From Candidatus Methylomirabilota bacterium (GTDB taxonomy: Bacteria; Methylomirabilota; Methylomirabilia; Rokubacteriales; CSP1-6): a stretch of DNA of 64,000 nt. The position numbers and the translations under genes are program-made. The notes under the pieces are model-generated. The model saw only the letters and a program-made list of their open reading frames with translations. It was not told the DNA's origin and made no database searches. The DNA is taken from contig JBKPCB010000027.1 in the NCBI GenBank assembly GCA_046727155.1, positions 2,626-66,625 on the forward strand, read 5' to 3'. Below, one piece after another: positions 18,634 through 29,375 of this stretch (positions are counted from its first letter, which is position 1; every line of letters starts with the position of its first letter).

Positions 18634-19469
18634 TGCTCCTGGTCTTCGGCGCTGCCCTGCTCCACGCGGCCTGGAACACCCTCACCAAGCGAGGCGTCGA
18701 TCCCATCGCGTTCCTCTGGTGCATCGGCGCAATCGGCGTCATTCTCTACACGCCCGTTGCCGCCGTCACGCTCCTGCGCCATCCGCTGACTGCCGCCGCC
18801 ATCCCCTTCGTGGTGGGCACCGTGGTCCTCCACGCGCTTTACTTCTTCACGCTGGGTCGCGCCTACCGCGTGGGCCATCTCTCCGTCGTCTATCCCATCG
18901 CACGCGGGCTTGGCGTGGCGCTCGTGCCTCTCGTGGCCCTGGTGCTCTTCGAGGAGCATCTCTCGTCTTTGGGGACAGTCGGCATCGCGCTCGTGGTGGC
19001 CGGAATCATCGCCCTGCACTGGCGCCCCGGCGAGTGGCGGGCGGCGCTGGCCGAGCCCGGAACCGGCTGGGCCGTCGCCACGGGTGTCATGATCGCCGGC
19101 TACTCGCTGCTCGACAAGGCGGGCGTGACGCGCGTCCATCCCGTGGTCTACATCTGGCTCATGGAGGTCGGTGCGGGCATGCTGCTGACCCCCGTGGTGC
19201 TGGCGCGGCGCGGCTCGCTCGCGCGCGAGTGGCGGGAGAACCGCCCCGCCATCCTGCTGGGCGCTCTGATGAGCCCCACCGGATACCTCCTCGTGCTCTT
19301 CGCTTTCCAGCTCTCCAAAACCGCCTATGTGGTGGCGGCCCGGGAGATGTCCATCGTGCTCTCGACCTTGATCGGGACCCTCTGGCTCGGCGAGGGCGGC
19401 CTGGTCCGCCGGCTGATCGGCGCCGCCGTCATCCTGGCGGGAGTGGCCTGCGTGGCGCTGGCGCGCTAG
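18618..19469 (+). CDS. EamA/DMT-superfamily transporter
   Basis: It has ten predicted transmembrane helices in two EamA repeats. Confidence 0.8.
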   Translation: MTSAALLLVFGAALLHAAWNTLTKRGVDPIAFLWCIGAIGVILYTPVAAVTLLRHPLTAAAIPFVVGTVVLHALYFFTLGRAYRVGHLSVVYPIARGLGVALVPLVALVLFEEHLSSLGTVGIALVVAGIIALHWRPGEWRAALAEPGTGWAVATGVMIAGYSLLDKAGVTRVHPVVYIWLMEVGAGMLLTPVVLARRGSLAREWRENRPAILLGALMSPTGYLLVLFAFQLSKTAYVVAAREMSIVLSTLIGTLWLGEGGLVRRLIGAAVILAGVACVALAR

Positions 19470-19696
19470 CCGATGCTGCGCATGAGAACGCAGACGGGCG
19501 GGTCCTGTCGTCGCGCGCGCCCCGCGCGGACAACTCGTCGGGTAGGGGGCGGGGCCACTCTCACCGGAACCGTAGCATCTGCGCATTGGTGTGGCAGAAA
19601 ACCACGCTCTCGTGGCCCGTGAGAAGCGGGCGCACGAGATTGCAACTCAGCGTGTTCCGGGGGGAGCGGCCCCGGCCCCACCCTTGTTGCTGACCG

Positions 19697-20608
19697 CTAC
19701 TCCCCTCGCAGCGTCGGGTCCAGCACATCCCGCAGCCAGTCTCCCGTGCGGCTCACCACGATCGAGGTAAGCATCAGGACGATGCCCGGGCAGGTCGAGA
19801 TCCACCAGGCCGAGTCCAGGTACTCGCGCCCCTCCTGGATCATCCCGCCCCACGAGGGCGTGGGCGGCTGGATGCCGAGGCCGAGGAAGGACAGCGTGGC
19901 CTCGAACACGATGGAGCGCGCCAGCTCGAGCGTCGCGATCACCACGATGGTCGACAGCACATTGGGCAGCACGTGCTGCGCGACGATGCGCAGGGTGGAG
20001 CCGCCGAGAGCGTGGACGGCCTCCACGAACTCGCGCGAGCGCAGCGAGAGCACCTGGGCTCTCAGCACTCGCGCGTAGGACACCCAGCCGGACAGTCCGA
20101 TCACCACCACCAGCGTCGGGAAGCTCGGCCCGAGCACGGCGATGATGCCGATCGCCAGCAGGATGAACGGGAAGGCGAGCTGGGCGTCGGCCACCGTCAT
20201 GACCACCGCGTCCACCCGCCGGCCCGCGAAGCCCGAGAGCAAGCCGAGCGCCGAGCCCAGCAGTCCGCCGATCATCACGGCGGAGAAGCCCACCATCAGC
20301 GACACGCGCGAGCCATAGATCACCCGCGAGAGCACGTCGCGCCCCAGCTGGTCCGTCCCGAGCAGGTGGGCCCGTCCATCGGCGCCTTCGAGCGTTGGCG
20401 GCGCCAGCCGGCCGCGCAAGGTCTGCCGCAGCGGGTCCTGGGGCGCGATCCACGGCGCCGAAACCGCCACGAGCACGAGCAGCAGGACGAACCCGATCCC
20501 CGCATAGGCGAGCCAGGGCGAGCGCCGGTGATGGGCGTAGAGTCCGGCGGCCTGCGCCGGGACGGCGGCCGCGTCAGCCGGCACGGATGCGGGGATCGAG
20601 GAGGCCAT
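19697..20608 (-). CDS. dppC: ABC transporter permease (DppC/OppC-like)
   Basis: It has a peptide/nickel-type permease with the EAA-like motif region and an N-terminal extension. Confidence 0.85.
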   Translation of the reverse strand: MASSIPASVPADAAAVPAQAAGLYAHHRRSPWLAYAGIGFVLLLVLVAVSAPWIAPQDPLRQTLRGRLAPPTLEGADGRAHLLGTDQLGRDVLSRVIYGSRVSLMVGFSAVMIGGLLGSALGLLSGFAGRRVDAVVMTVADAQLAFPFILLAIGIIAVLGPSFPTLVVVIGLSGWVSYARVLRAQVLSLRSREFVEAVHALGGSTLRIVAQHVLPNVLSTIVVIATLELARSIVFEATLSFLGLGIQPPTPSWGGMIQEGREYLDSAWWISTCPGIVLMLTSIVVSRTGDWLRDVLDPTLRGE

Positions 20609-21500
20609 AGATCACGTCGAGGCAAACGTTGATGACGATGAACATTACCGCGGCGAAGAAAACGGTGCACTGCACCACGGGGTAGTCGCGGTCGTAGATC
20701 GACTGGATGGCCAACCGGCCGATGCCGGGCCAGGCGAACACGGTCTCGGTCACCACGGCCCCGCTGAGCAGCGTCCCGAACTGCAGCCCGGTGATGGTGA
20801 CGATGGGAATGGCCGCGTTCTTGAGCGTGTGCTTGGCCACCACCCACCGCTCAGCGACCCCCTTGGCACGAGCCGTGCGGATATAGTCGGCGCCCAGCAC
20901 CTCGAGGACGGCCGAGCGCGTGAGCCGCGCGATGGAGGCCATCGTGAAGGCCCCGAGCGTGAGGGCGGGCAACACCAGGTGCCGCCAGTCACCGCGACCT
21001 GAGGTGGGAAGGAGGTCGGCCTTGAGCGCCAGGAGCAGGATGAACAGGATGCCGAGGAAGAAGGTCGGCGCCGCCTGGCCCACCAGCGCTACACCCATGG
21101 CGGCGTGATCCACGAGGGAATTGCGCTTCATCGCCGACAGGAGGCCGATGGGGATGGCAGCCACGGCTGCAAGGAGGAAGCTCGCGATGCCCAGCTCGAG
21201 CGTGGCGGCCAGATAGCCGCGCACCACGCTGAAGGCCGGCTCGCGGAAGTGGATGGATCGGCCGAAGTCGCCGTGCAGAACATTGCCGATGAAGACGGCG
21301 TACTGAACCGGCAGCGACCGATCCAGCCCCATCTCCCGTCGCACCCGCATGATTTCGCTGGTCGGGGCATCGGGCGGCAAGAGGAGCGGCACCGGATCGC
21401 CGGAGAGCCGCATCACGACGAAGACCACGGTGGAGACCAGCCAGAGAGAGATTAGGGCGCGGAAGAGCCGCTGGCCGAGGAAGGGGAGAAGGCCGCGCAT
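20574..21500 (-). CDS. dppB: ABC transporter permease (DppB/OppB-like)
   Basis: It is a typical OppB-type permease of 308 aa. It overlaps the dppC start by 35 nt. Confidence 0.85.
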   Translation of the reverse strand: MRGLLPFLGQRLFRALISLWLVSTVVFVVMRLSGDPVPLLLPPDAPTSEIMRVRREMGLDRSLPVQYAVFIGNVLHGDFGRSIHFREPAFSVVRGYLAATLELGIASFLLAAVAAIPIGLLSAMKRNSLVDHAAMGVALVGQAAPTFFLGILFILLLALKADLLPTSGRGDWRHLVLPALTLGAFTMASIARLTRSAVLEVLGADYIRTARAKGVAERWVVAKHTLKNAAIPIVTITGLQFGTLLSGAVVTETVFAWPGIGRLAIQSIYDRDYPVVQCTVFFAAVMFIVINVCLDVIYGLLDPRIRAG

Positions 21501-21548
21501 GGACGAGGGCCCGGAAGCCCCGCGCGGGGCTTCCGGGCCCGGACGGCT

Positions 21549-23093
21549 CTACGCGCGGCGGAACTTGAAGTTGAAGCGGCGGATCTCGAACTGCTGGTTC
21601 GGATTCGGCGTCCACTCCACGTACTTCTGCAAGCCGTAGTCCTCGTAGGGCTGTATCACCGGCAGCCACGGGAAGTTCTCGAGGAAGATCTTGGTCATCT
21701 CCTTGTAGGCGCCGGCGCGGAACTTCTCGTCCACAGAGAAGCGGGCTGCGTTGCCGAGCTCGTCGAACTTGGCCTCGCGCCAATAATCCTGAGGTCCGCC
21801 GGGGCCCAGCAGCCGCCACATCATGCCGTCGGGATCGCCGAGCGTCGAGGTCGGATCGGACCAGAACACACCCTTGAAGCTCTTCTCCCGGTTCTTCTGG
21901 GCCCGCACCGAGTACTCGATCACCTCGACCTTGACATTGACGCCGACGTCCTTCCACATGCCCTGGATGGCCTCGGACATCTGTTTGTCGTTGGAGACAT
22001 AAGCCACCGTGGTCTCGATGAAGATCTCTTCGTTCTTGTAGCCGGCCTTCTTCAGCAGCTCGCGGGCTTTCGCCGGATTGTAGGCCAGCGGCGGCAGGGA
22101 GGCGTCGAAATGATTATCGCCCTTGGCGATGGGGCCGCTGGGCACGATGCCGCGGCCGCGCCAGAGCTCTTTGACGATGGCCTGGCGATCGATGGCCAGC
22201 GAGAGCGCCTGCTTGACGAGCGGATTGTCGAGCGGCGGCCGCTTGCTGTTCACCGCCAGCACGTAGAGGCCAGCGTACAGCGCGCCATTGACGACGGTGC
22301 CGGCATTCGCCTTCACGCGATCTTCCTGGTCCGGTGGGATCTGAGTGATGACGTCCACCTCGCCCTTGAGCAGCGCGGCGATGCGCGGCGCGGTCTCCGG
22401 AATGGACCGGACCACCCAGCGGTCCATGTCGATCTTGCCGCCCCAGTAATCGGGGCTGGCGTCGAGCACGGCCTTGTCGTCCTTGACCCAGGAGGCGAAG
22501 CGCACGGGCCCGGTGCCGACGGGCTTGGCATTGAACGCGTCAGGCCCGACCGTCTCGATGTACTTCTTCGGGACGATCTGACCGCCGTAGAAGGCCAGCC
22601 GCGCGGGCAGCAGCGGGTCGGGCTTCTTGGTGTGGATGATCAGGGTATTGGCGTCGGGCGCCTCGATCCGCTCGATGGTGCTGAGCGCGGTGGCCACCAT
22701 GGTTTTGGCGGCCGGATCGTAGGTGCGCTCGATGCTGAACTTGGCGTCGGCCGACGTGAATGGGTCGCCATTGTGCCACTTGACGCCCTGGCGGAGCTTG
22801 AAGGCCCAGGTCGTCTGCCCCTGGAGCTTCCACTCCGTCGCCAGACCCGGGTAGAGCTTGCCGTCCGGGTGCCGGCTCGTCAGATTGTCGAAGATATTGA
22901 AGGAGACGCGGACATCGTTGGACGAGGTGCTGAAGTGCGGGTCGAACTTGGAGATGTCACCACCCTGGGCGACGATCAGCTCCTTCTTCTGCGTCGTCTG
23001 GGCCCGGGCCGCGCCCGGCACAGTGGCGGGCAGCGCGGTGGCCGCGCCGACGGCGGCGGCCCCCTTGAGCAGTTCGCGTCGAGTCAGGTCCAT
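21549..23093 (-). CDS. ABC transporter substrate-binding protein, family 5 (peptide/nickel), with a Tat signal
   Basis: MDLTRRELLKGAAAVGAATALPA is a twin-arginine motif. The 514-aa protein has the family-5 solute-binding fold. Confidence 0.85.
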   Translation of the reverse strand: MDLTRRELLKGAAAVGAATALPATVPGAARAQTTQKKELIVAQGGDISKFDPHFSTSSNDVRVSFNIFDNLTSRHPDGKLYPGLATEWKLQGQTTWAFKLRQGVKWHNGDPFTSADAKFSIERTYDPAAKTMVATALSTIERIEAPDANTLIIHTKKPDPLLPARLAFYGGQIVPKKYIETVGPDAFNAKPVGTGPVRFASWVKDDKAVLDASPDYWGGKIDMDRWVVRSIPETAPRIAALLKGEVDVITQIPPDQEDRVKANAGTVVNGALYAGLYVLAVNSKRPPLDNPLVKQALSLAIDRQAIVKELWRGRGIVPSGPIAKGDNHFDASLPPLAYNPAKARELLKKAGYKNEEIFIETTVAYVSNDKQMSEAIQGMWKDVGVNVKVEVIEYSVRAQKNREKSFKGVFWSDPTSTLGDPDGMMWRLLGPGGPQDYWREAKFDELGNAARFSVDEKFRAGAYKEMTKIFLENFPWLPVIQPYEDYGLQKYVEWTPNPNQQFEIRRFNFKFRRA

Positions 23094-23269
23094 GATGAGT
23101 TCCTCCCTGTTCGGGGTCGCCTGCGCGTCAATCGGAGGTCGCAGCCCGAGCCGAGGACCGGCCCGCGGTGGCGTCCTTTATAGGGGTTCCGCCCCAGCCT
23201 GTCAATAGCAGCCTGGCGCTGGCCGGCGTGACCGGCTTATGCCACAATCTCAGGTGACATCGTCGCCCC

Positions 23270-23363
23270 GATGAGCCCGAAGGGCGAAGAGGCCAAACCG
23301 CTCCCTGAACAGAGTCGCGTTCAGGCGAGATGGATGAGCCCGAAGGGCGAAGAGGCCAAACCG
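23270..23363. repeat. Two copies of a 31-nt direct repeat (atgagcccgaagggcgaagaggccaaaccgc) spaced 63 nt apart in the divergent promoter region
   Basis: The copies lie at about 23270-23300 and 23333-23363. They sit between the solute-binding protein gene (minus strand) and the FAD oxidoreductase gene (plus strand). Confidence 0.7.
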
Positions 23364-23393
23364 CCAAACCGTTATCATTCACATTTAAGCGAT

Positions 23394-24569
23394 ATGAAAG
23401 ACGTCGTGATCATCGGCGGCGGTGCCAATGGCGCCAGCACGGCCTTCCACCTGGCGAGCCTCGGCGTCAAGCGCATCCACCTCGTCGAGCGCCGCAATCT
23501 GGCCGCCGGGGCCACAGGCAAGTCCGGCTCGCTCGTGCGCATGCACTACACGAACGAGCCCGAGTCCCGGCTGGCCTGGGAGAGCCTCAAGGTCTTCCGC
23601 GATTTCAAGAACGTGGTCGGCGGCGAGTGCGGCTTCGAGGGCATCGGCTTCCTGCAGATCGTCGGGCCCGAATACGGAGCGGCGCTCTCACGCAATGTCG
23701 AGCGGCAGCGGCGGATCGGGATCGACACGCGCGTGGTCTCGAGAGAGGAGATCCGAAGCCTCGTCCCCGACTGCCGCGTGGACGACATCGGCGGCGCCGC
23801 CTGGGAGCCCGGCTCGGGCTTTGCCGATCCCAATGCGACGGCGTACGCATTCGCGGAAGCCGCGCAACGGCTGGGCGCCACCATCGAAACCGGGCGCGAG
23901 GCGACGCGCATCGTGACCGAGCGCGGCCGCGTGACGGCGGTGGAGACGACGACGGGCCGCATCGATACGCCGGCCGTGGTCCTGGCTCCCGGCGCGTGGG
24001 GCCAGCGGCTCCTCGAGCCCCTCGGGCTCGACTTCGGTCTGGTGCCCCACCGCGTTCAGATCTCGATCTTCCGCTGGCCGCCCGGCTTCACCCGGCGGCA
24101 TGCGGTGGTGATCGATGCCATCCACAAGGCCTGGATGCGCCCCGAGGGAACCCATTCGACGCTGATCGGGGTCGAGCTCGGCGTGGGCCATGCCGACCCG
24201 GACAAGTTCGACGAGGGCGTGGACGAGGAGTACGTGGCGCTCTGCCGGGAGAAGCTCTCGGCCCGCTTCCCTGCCTTTCGCGACGCCGGCATGCGCGGCG
24301 GTTGGGCCGGCATGATCATGATGAGCCCCGACGGCCGGCCCATCATCGATCAGATTCCGTCTGTCGGCGGGCTTTACGTGATGCTGGGCGACTCCGGAAC
24401 CTCGTTCAAGACTTCTCCCGCCATCGGTCGCTGCCTCGCCGAGTGGATCGTCCACGGCAAACCGCGCACCGTGGACCTCACGCCCTTCCGCTCCACGCGT
24501 TTCGCCGAGGGCAAGCCCTGGGTGGACGAGGACAATTACGGACGCGAGCGGCTGACCATCTCCCGCTAG
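23394..24569 (+). CDS. FAD-dependent oxidoreductase (DAO / sarcosine-oxidase-beta-like family)
   Basis: It has an N-terminal VVIIGGGANGASTAFHLA Rossmann dinucleotide motif and a DAO-family C-terminus. Confidence 0.8.
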   Translation: MKDVVIIGGGANGASTAFHLASLGVKRIHLVERRNLAAGATGKSGSLVRMHYTNEPESRLAWESLKVFRDFKNVVGGECGFEGIGFLQIVGPEYGAALSRNVERQRRIGIDTRVVSREEIRSLVPDCRVDDIGGAAWEPGSGFADPNATAYAFAEAAQRLGATIETGREATRIVTERGRVTAVETTTGRIDTPAVVLAPGAWGQRLLEPLGLDFGLVPHRVQISIFRWPPGFTRRHAVVIDAIHKAWMRPEGTHSTLIGVELGVGHADPDKFDEGVDEEYVALCREKLSARFPAFRDAGMRGGWAGMIMMSPDGRPIIDQIPSVGGLYVMLGDSGTSFKTSPAIGRCLAEWIVHGKPRTVDLTPFRSTRFAEGKPWVDEDNYGRERLTISR

Positions 24570-24588
24570 CGCGTCCCGCCGGCAGCGC

Positions 24589-24870
24589 TCAGAGCAGCCC
24601 GAAGCGGCCGAGAAGGCGAGCCGCCGGACCGTCTCCGGCCTCGATCACGAGCCGGCCGCCGCTCGCATTGAGAGCCTCTCGAAAGGCGAGAAGGAGCTGG
24701 AGCGCTGAGCTGTCGAGTCCCGCGCAGGCGGAGGCGTCGACCACGACCTCGCGCGGCTCGCCCACGAGGTCGCGGAGCGCGGCGTGAAGCGTGGCGGCCT
24801 CGAAGATGTCGACGATCCCCGTCAGGGTCAAGCGCGTCCCGCCGCCTCCGATGTCAACCGTCCAGGGCAT
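24589..24870 (-). CDS. STAS-domain protein (anti-sigma-factor antagonist-like)
   Basis: The 93-aa protein begins MPWTVDIGGGGTRLTLTGIVDIFEAATLHAAL..VVVDASACAGLDSSALQLL, a SpoIIAA/RsbV-like fold. Its start overlaps the 3' end of cheB by 17 nt. Confidence 0.6.
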   Translation of the reverse strand: MPWTVDIGGGGTRLTLTGIVDIFEAATLHAALRDLVGEPREVVVDASACAGLDSSALQLLLAFREALNASGGRLVIEAGDGPAARLLGRFGLL

Positions 24871-25969
24871 GCCGGCCGCCTCCCTTGGGCGTCGAGTCCA
24901 AGGCGCCGAAGGCCGGCGACCCGGCAAGCTCGAGGGCCTTTGGGCCGATGCGGGCCAGCGAGAGCACGTGATCGACGGCCCCGAGCGCGATGGCCGCTTT
25001 TGGCATCCCGAAGACAACCGACGTCGCCTCGTCTTGCGCGATGGTTCGGGCTCCGGCATTCCTCATCGCCAGAAGCCCCCTCGCGCCGTCCGCGCCCATG
25101 CCGGTGAGCAGGATCCCGACCGAGCGGACTCCCACCGTCTCCGCGACGGAGAGGAAGAGCACGTCGACGGACGGCCTCAGTCCGTTCACGGCCCGCTCGC
25201 GCTTTACCCGCGCCACCAGGCGGGCTCCCTCCCGGCCGATAGTCATCTGCCGGTCGCCGGGAGCGATCAATGCCTGTCCCGGCCGCACCTCGTCCCCGTC
25301 GCCCGCCTCCACGACCCGGATCGCGCACTCGCGGTCGCAGTGCTCGGCGAAGGCGCGGGTGAACTGGCGGGGCATATGCTGCACGATGACCACCGGCGGG
25401 CCGTCGGGCGGCATCCCCGCGAGGAGCGTCCGGATGGCTTCGGTGCCCCCCGTGGAGGCGCCCACTGCGACAAGGCAAGCGGGCTCTGCTCGCGGGACGA
25501 ATCGAGGGAGCCGGCCGCCGCCCCTGTCGCTCACCCGTGGGGCAATCGCCGAGATGGGCCGGAGCCGGGCGCCGGCAGCGACCTTGATTTTCCGGGCCAG
25601 ATCCGCGACGCCGTCGGCCGCGCCGGGCGCCGGGCGAAGCCGCGCCTTGGCGACAAAGTCCACGGCCCCGAGCGCGAGCGCCCGCAAGGTCATCTCACAT
25701 CCCTCCCGCGTGAAGGATGACACCATCACCACGGGCATCGGCCGAAGGCGCATGAGCTTCTCGAGGAATGTCAAGCCGTCCATCCCGGGCATCTGAACGT
25801 CCAGCGTGAGCACGTCGGGCTCGAGGGCGCGGATCATGTCCCTGGCGATGTACGGGTCCGGCGCGGTTCCCACCACTTCGATCTGGCGGTCCCGGGCGAG
25901 CTCGGCGGCCAGCAGTCGACGGATCACCGGTGAATCGTCCACGATCAACACCCGGATCCGCTTCTCCAT
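24854..25969 (-). CDS. cheB: Chemotaxis response regulator protein-glutamate methylesterase
   Basis: An N-terminal REC domain (RVLIVDDS...D) is followed by the CheB methylesterase catalytic domain (GASTGG, ..H..). Confidence 0.85.
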   Translation of the reverse strand: MEKRIRVLIVDDSPVIRRLLAAELARDRQIEVVGTAPDPYIARDMIRALEPDVLTLDVQMPGMDGLTFLEKLMRLRPMPVVMVSSFTREGCEMTLRALALGAVDFVAKARLRPAPGAADGVADLARKIKVAAGARLRPISAIAPRVSDRGGGRLPRFVPRAEPACLVAVGASTGGTEAIRTLLAGMPPDGPPVVIVQHMPRQFTRAFAEHCDRECAIRVVEAGDGDEVRPGQALIAPGDRQMTIGREGARLVARVKRERAVNGLRPSVDVLFLSVAETVGVRSVGILLTGMGADGARGLLAMRNAGARTIAQDEATSVVFGMPKAAIALGAVDHVLSLARIGPKALELAGSPAFGALDSTPKGGGRHALDG

Positions 25970-26007
25970 GACCGCGCTGGCAGTTCTCACGCGTGAACGT
26001 CCTCCCG

Positions 26008-26580
26008 TCAGTCGAACAGGGTGATGTCCCCGAACTGGGGACCATGCTGCCGCATCTGCCTCAGGTGCTCGCGCTCCTCGACCCGAGTCAGCCGGAGCGT
26101 GTGCAGACCGAGCCGCTTGACCTGGACCTTGCCGGTATCGGTGTAAAAGCGGATCTGCCGGGGGAGATGGCCGCCCAGGTCACGGCCGACCACCACAATT
26201 TCCTCGATCTTCGTAAACTCCTCGATGAATTCCACGTTGCGCTGCCCGACACCGTCCCTGCCATTGGTCATGCCCGCGAGGCTCGCTCCGCCGAACAGCC
26301 GGGCCTGGAGCCGGCGCCGGTCCGCGCCCGCCTTCAGCATGGCGCCGACCAGAAGATCCATGGCATGAATGCCGTACCGCGCCGTCCCCCATGGCTCCTC
26401 GGACCCGTCCCCCGGCGCCGGGAGCATGAAATGATTCATCCCGCCGATGCGAGCCACCGGGTCGGTGAGGCAGACCGCGATGCACGAGCCAAGCACCGTC
26501 TTGAGAACCGACGGCTCGCGCGCGGCGCGCACGCCGCCGATGTGGATCACCGCTTCCTGCCGCTCGACTGGCTCTCGCAC
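26008..26580 (-). CDS. cheD: Chemoreceptor glutamine deamidase
   Basis: GSCIAVCL and the NHFMLP core are typical of CheD. Confidence 0.8.
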   Translation of the reverse strand: MREPVERQEAVIHIGGVRAAREPSVLKTVLGSCIAVCLTDPVARIGGMNHFMLPAPGDGSEEPWGTARYGIHAMDLLVGAMLKAGADRRRLQARLFGGASLAGMTNGRDGVGQRNVEFIEEFTKIEEIVVVGRDLGGHLPRQIRFYTDTGKVQVKRLGLHTLRLTRVEEREHLRQMRQHGPQFGDITLFD

Positions 26581-26592
26581 GCGCGGCGCGCC

Positions 26593-27466
26593 CTATTCGA
26601 GCTTCCGGTAGACGCAGTCGCCCAGGTTCCTGAGCTCGGGCCGCAGCCCGAGTAGCGATTCCGAGCCCCCCAGAAAGAGGCAGCCACCGGGCCTCAGCAA
26701 CTCGACGAACCGGGTGACGCATCGATGCTGCAGCGCGCGGTCGAAGTAGATGAGGACGTTCCGGCAGAAGATAGAATCCAGCGGCGTGCGGATGGCACAG
26801 TCCTCGGTCAGATTGATCCGCCGGAAGGTCACCAACTCTCGGACGCGCGGGCCCACCTCGACCATTGCATGCGAGGTGCCGGCGCTACGGACGAAGTACT
26901 TCGCGCGCAGCGCGCCCGGCACCCGCGCCACCTGCTCAACGGCGTAGACGCCATCCCGCGCCTTAGCCAGCATCTCGGTATTGATGTCGGAGGCCAGGAT
27001 TCGCACGTCCCGCGCCCCAGCCTGGCCGAGGGCGTCCAGGACCGTGAGGGCGATGCTATAGGCCTCCTCGCCGCTGGAGCAGCCGGCGCTCCAGATCCTG
27101 AGCCTCCGCGGCGCCTCACGCCCGATGGCCGGAGGCGCCAGGATCGCGGAGCGGAGGACGGCGAAGTGGCGCTCGTCCCTGAAGAACTCGGTCTTGTTGG
27201 TCGTGATGGCGTTGAGCATGCGGAGGAGCTCGTGCCCATCCGGATCGTGGTCCAGGAGATGCTCGTAGTACTCGGTGAACGTCGCATACCCGTACCGCCG
27301 GAGTCGCTTTCCCAGCCGCGCGCACACGAGCTCGCGCTTGTGGTCGCCCAGGGCGATTCCGGTCTCCCGACGGATGAGCGCGCTGAATCGGCGGAACTCC
27401 TGGTCGGTGAGCCTGAGCAGGCGAACGGCGCCCGCGATCCCTTCGGCGGCTGGCGCGACGCGGGAC
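26593..27466 (-). CDS. cheR: Chemotaxis protein methyltransferase
   Basis: It has the CheR N-terminal helical domain (LTDQEFRRFSALI) followed by a SAM-methyltransferase domain (IWSAGCSSGEEAYS). The start is probably GTG near 27466. Confidence 0.8.
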
Positions 27467-27490
27467 ACTCTCTCGCCCCGATCCGGGCGC

Positions 27491-27988
27491 TCAGCTCGCG
27501 CGGGCCGGCCGCGCGTCCCCGTCGTCCGCGCCGAGCACCTGGTCAAGGTCGAGCAGGATGACGAGCTTGTCACCGGCTTTCGCGAGCCCCTTGACGAACC
27601 GGGGGCCCGGCGGGGTGTCGAGATCGGGTGGTGGCTGGATCTCCGCCGCGGGAATGGCGACCACGTCGGAGACTGCGTCCACGATCATCCCCGTGACCTT
27701 GCTTCCCACGGTCACCACGACGATGACGCCGGCCGGCGCGCGACCAGTCTCCCCCATGGCGAGCCTCGCACGCAGGTCGACGACGGGGATGATGCTCCCG
27801 CGGAGGTTCATGACCCCCTTGACGTAGCCGGGCGCATTGGGGAGCGCGGTGATCGGCGACGAGCTTCGGATCTCCTGGACCTTCAGGATCTCGACGGCGT
27901 ATTCGTCGCCGCCCAGGCTGAAGGTCAGGTACTGGGCCGCGTCTGCGGCAAAGCTGATCTCGGTGGCCAGCGAGTCGGCGCGCTCCAT
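27491..27988 (-). CDS. cheW: Chemotaxis coupling protein
   Basis: It is a single CheW-like domain of 165 aa (QYLTFSLGGDEYAVEILKVQEI). Confidence 0.85.
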   Translation of the reverse strand: MERADSLATEISFAADAAQYLTFSLGGDEYAVEILKVQEIRSSSPITALPNAPGYVKGVMNLRGSIIPVVDLRARLAMGETGRAPAGVIVVVTVGSKVTGMIVDAVSDVVAIPAAEIQPPPDLDTPPGPRFVKGLAKAGDKLVILLDLDQVLGADDGDARPARAS

Positions 27989-27990
27989 GA

Positions 27991-29286
27991 CTAGAAGTCC
28001 TCGAATCCGTTGTCGTGGCCGCGAGCCACTTCATCCCGGCTCGAGCGGCGCACCGCCACCAGCTCGTCCATCGTCCGCTCGGAGTCCGCGCGGGACATCG
28101 GCGCCTCGGCCCACGCCCGCCGGGAGGTGCCGCGAGCCGCCGGACCCTGCCCGTCCTCGGCCTCGTCCAGCTTGAAGCGCCCCACCAGCCCCCGGAGCTG
28201 GGCGGCCCGGTTTGACAGCGCCTCCGCCGTGGAGGACAGCTCCTCGGCCTGCGCGGCGTTTGCCTGGGTCACCTGCTCCATATGTGAAACGGCGCGGTTC
28301 ACCTGCTCGACGCCGCGGAACTGCTCTTGGGATGCGGCGGCAATCTCCGCGACGATGTCCGTCACTCGCTCGGCCGAGGTCACCATCTCTTCCAGCGTCT
28401 GCCCCGACCGGGTCACGAGCGCCGCACTTTCCCCGACCTTCGTGACCGAGTTGCCGATGAGGCCTTTGATCTCCTTCGCCGCCGCCGCCGACCGCTGCGC
28501 AAGATTCCGGACCTCAGCGGCCACAACGGCGAAGCCCCGCCCCTGCTCGCCCGCGCGGGCCGCCTCCACGGCGGCATTGAGCGCCAGCAGGTTCGTCTGG
28601 AAGGCGATCTCGTCGATTACGGTGATGATCTCCCCGATCTGTCGCGACGCCTGCGTCAGGTCCTCCATGGACTTCACGGCGGCGGACACCACCTGGCGCC
28701 CCTTCTGCGCGGCGTCGCGTGATCCCAGCGCGAGCTCGCTGGCGTGCCGCGCGCTGTCCGCGTTCTGCTTCACCGTGACCGTGATCTCTTCAAGCGAGGC
28801 GGCGGTCTCTTCGAGGGAGGCGGCCTGGGACTGCGCGCCCTCGGAAAGCCGCTGCGCCGCCGCCGTCACCTGTCCCGACGCGGCCGCCACGTCCCCGGCT
28901 CCCTCCCTCACCCGACGGATGGTGTCGTGGAGCATCCGGGCAAAGGCATTGACCGATTGCGCCAGCTGCCAGATCTGGCCTCGGCTCTGCACGTGCATCC
29001 GGGCGGTAAGGTTGCCATCGGCGAGGTCCTTGTGGACTAGGGCCGTATCCGTCACCGCGCCGATGACTCCCCGCCTCAGAGCGATCGCGACCGGAATCAT
29101 GAGGACGAGGAATATTCCCGCGGATACGAGGAGCAATGCGACCAGCCCCCTCGTGTCGCCTCCGGCGGCCCCGATCGCCCGCACGAGGAGCGCGCCCGGC
29201 GCGATGGCCGCCAGGCTGGCGAGCCCGATCAGGACCATCAGCTTTACCCGAATCGTGCACCGCTCGCTCCAGCTTGTCAGTCCCAT
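27991..29286 (-). CDS. mcp: Methyl-accepting chemotaxis protein (two transmembrane helices, minimal periplasmic loop, HAMP plus signalling domain)
   Basis: Two closely spaced transmembrane helices are followed by a HAMP domain and the highly conserved MCP signalling region ([30 protein letters not shown]). Confidence 0.85.
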   Translation of the reverse strand: MGLTSWSERCTIRVKLMVLIGLASLAAIAPGALLVRAIGAAGGDTRGLVALLLVSAGIFLVLMIPVAIALRRGVIGAVTDTALVHKDLADGNLTARMHVQSRGQIWQLAQSVNAFARMLHDTIRRVREGAGDVAAASGQVTAAAQRLSEGAQSQAASLEETAASLEEITVTVKQNADSARHASELALGSRDAAQKGRQVVSAAVKSMEDLTQASRQIGEIITVIDEIAFQTNLLALNAAVEAARAGEQGRGFAVVAAEVRNLAQRSAAAAKEIKGLIGNSVTKVGESAALVTRSGQTLEEMVTSAERVTDIVAEIAAASQEQFRGVEQVNRAVSHMEQVTQANAAQAEELSSTAEALSNRAAQLRGLVGRFKLDEAEDGQGPAARGTSRRAWAEAPMSRADSERTMDELVAVRRSSRDEVARGHDNGFEDF

Positions 29287-29375
29287 GACGACCACCTCCG
29301 TTCGTCTCGATGATCTGGGTTCACTGTCCCTTCGGACCTCCGCGGCGCCCATTTCCACCTCGGTCTCGTCTCGTC

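Noticed and set aside
23270-23363. Possible CRISPR or mobile-element terminal repeats.
   Set aside because: The two direct copies lie in a promoter region. There are no flanking target duplications and no transposase.
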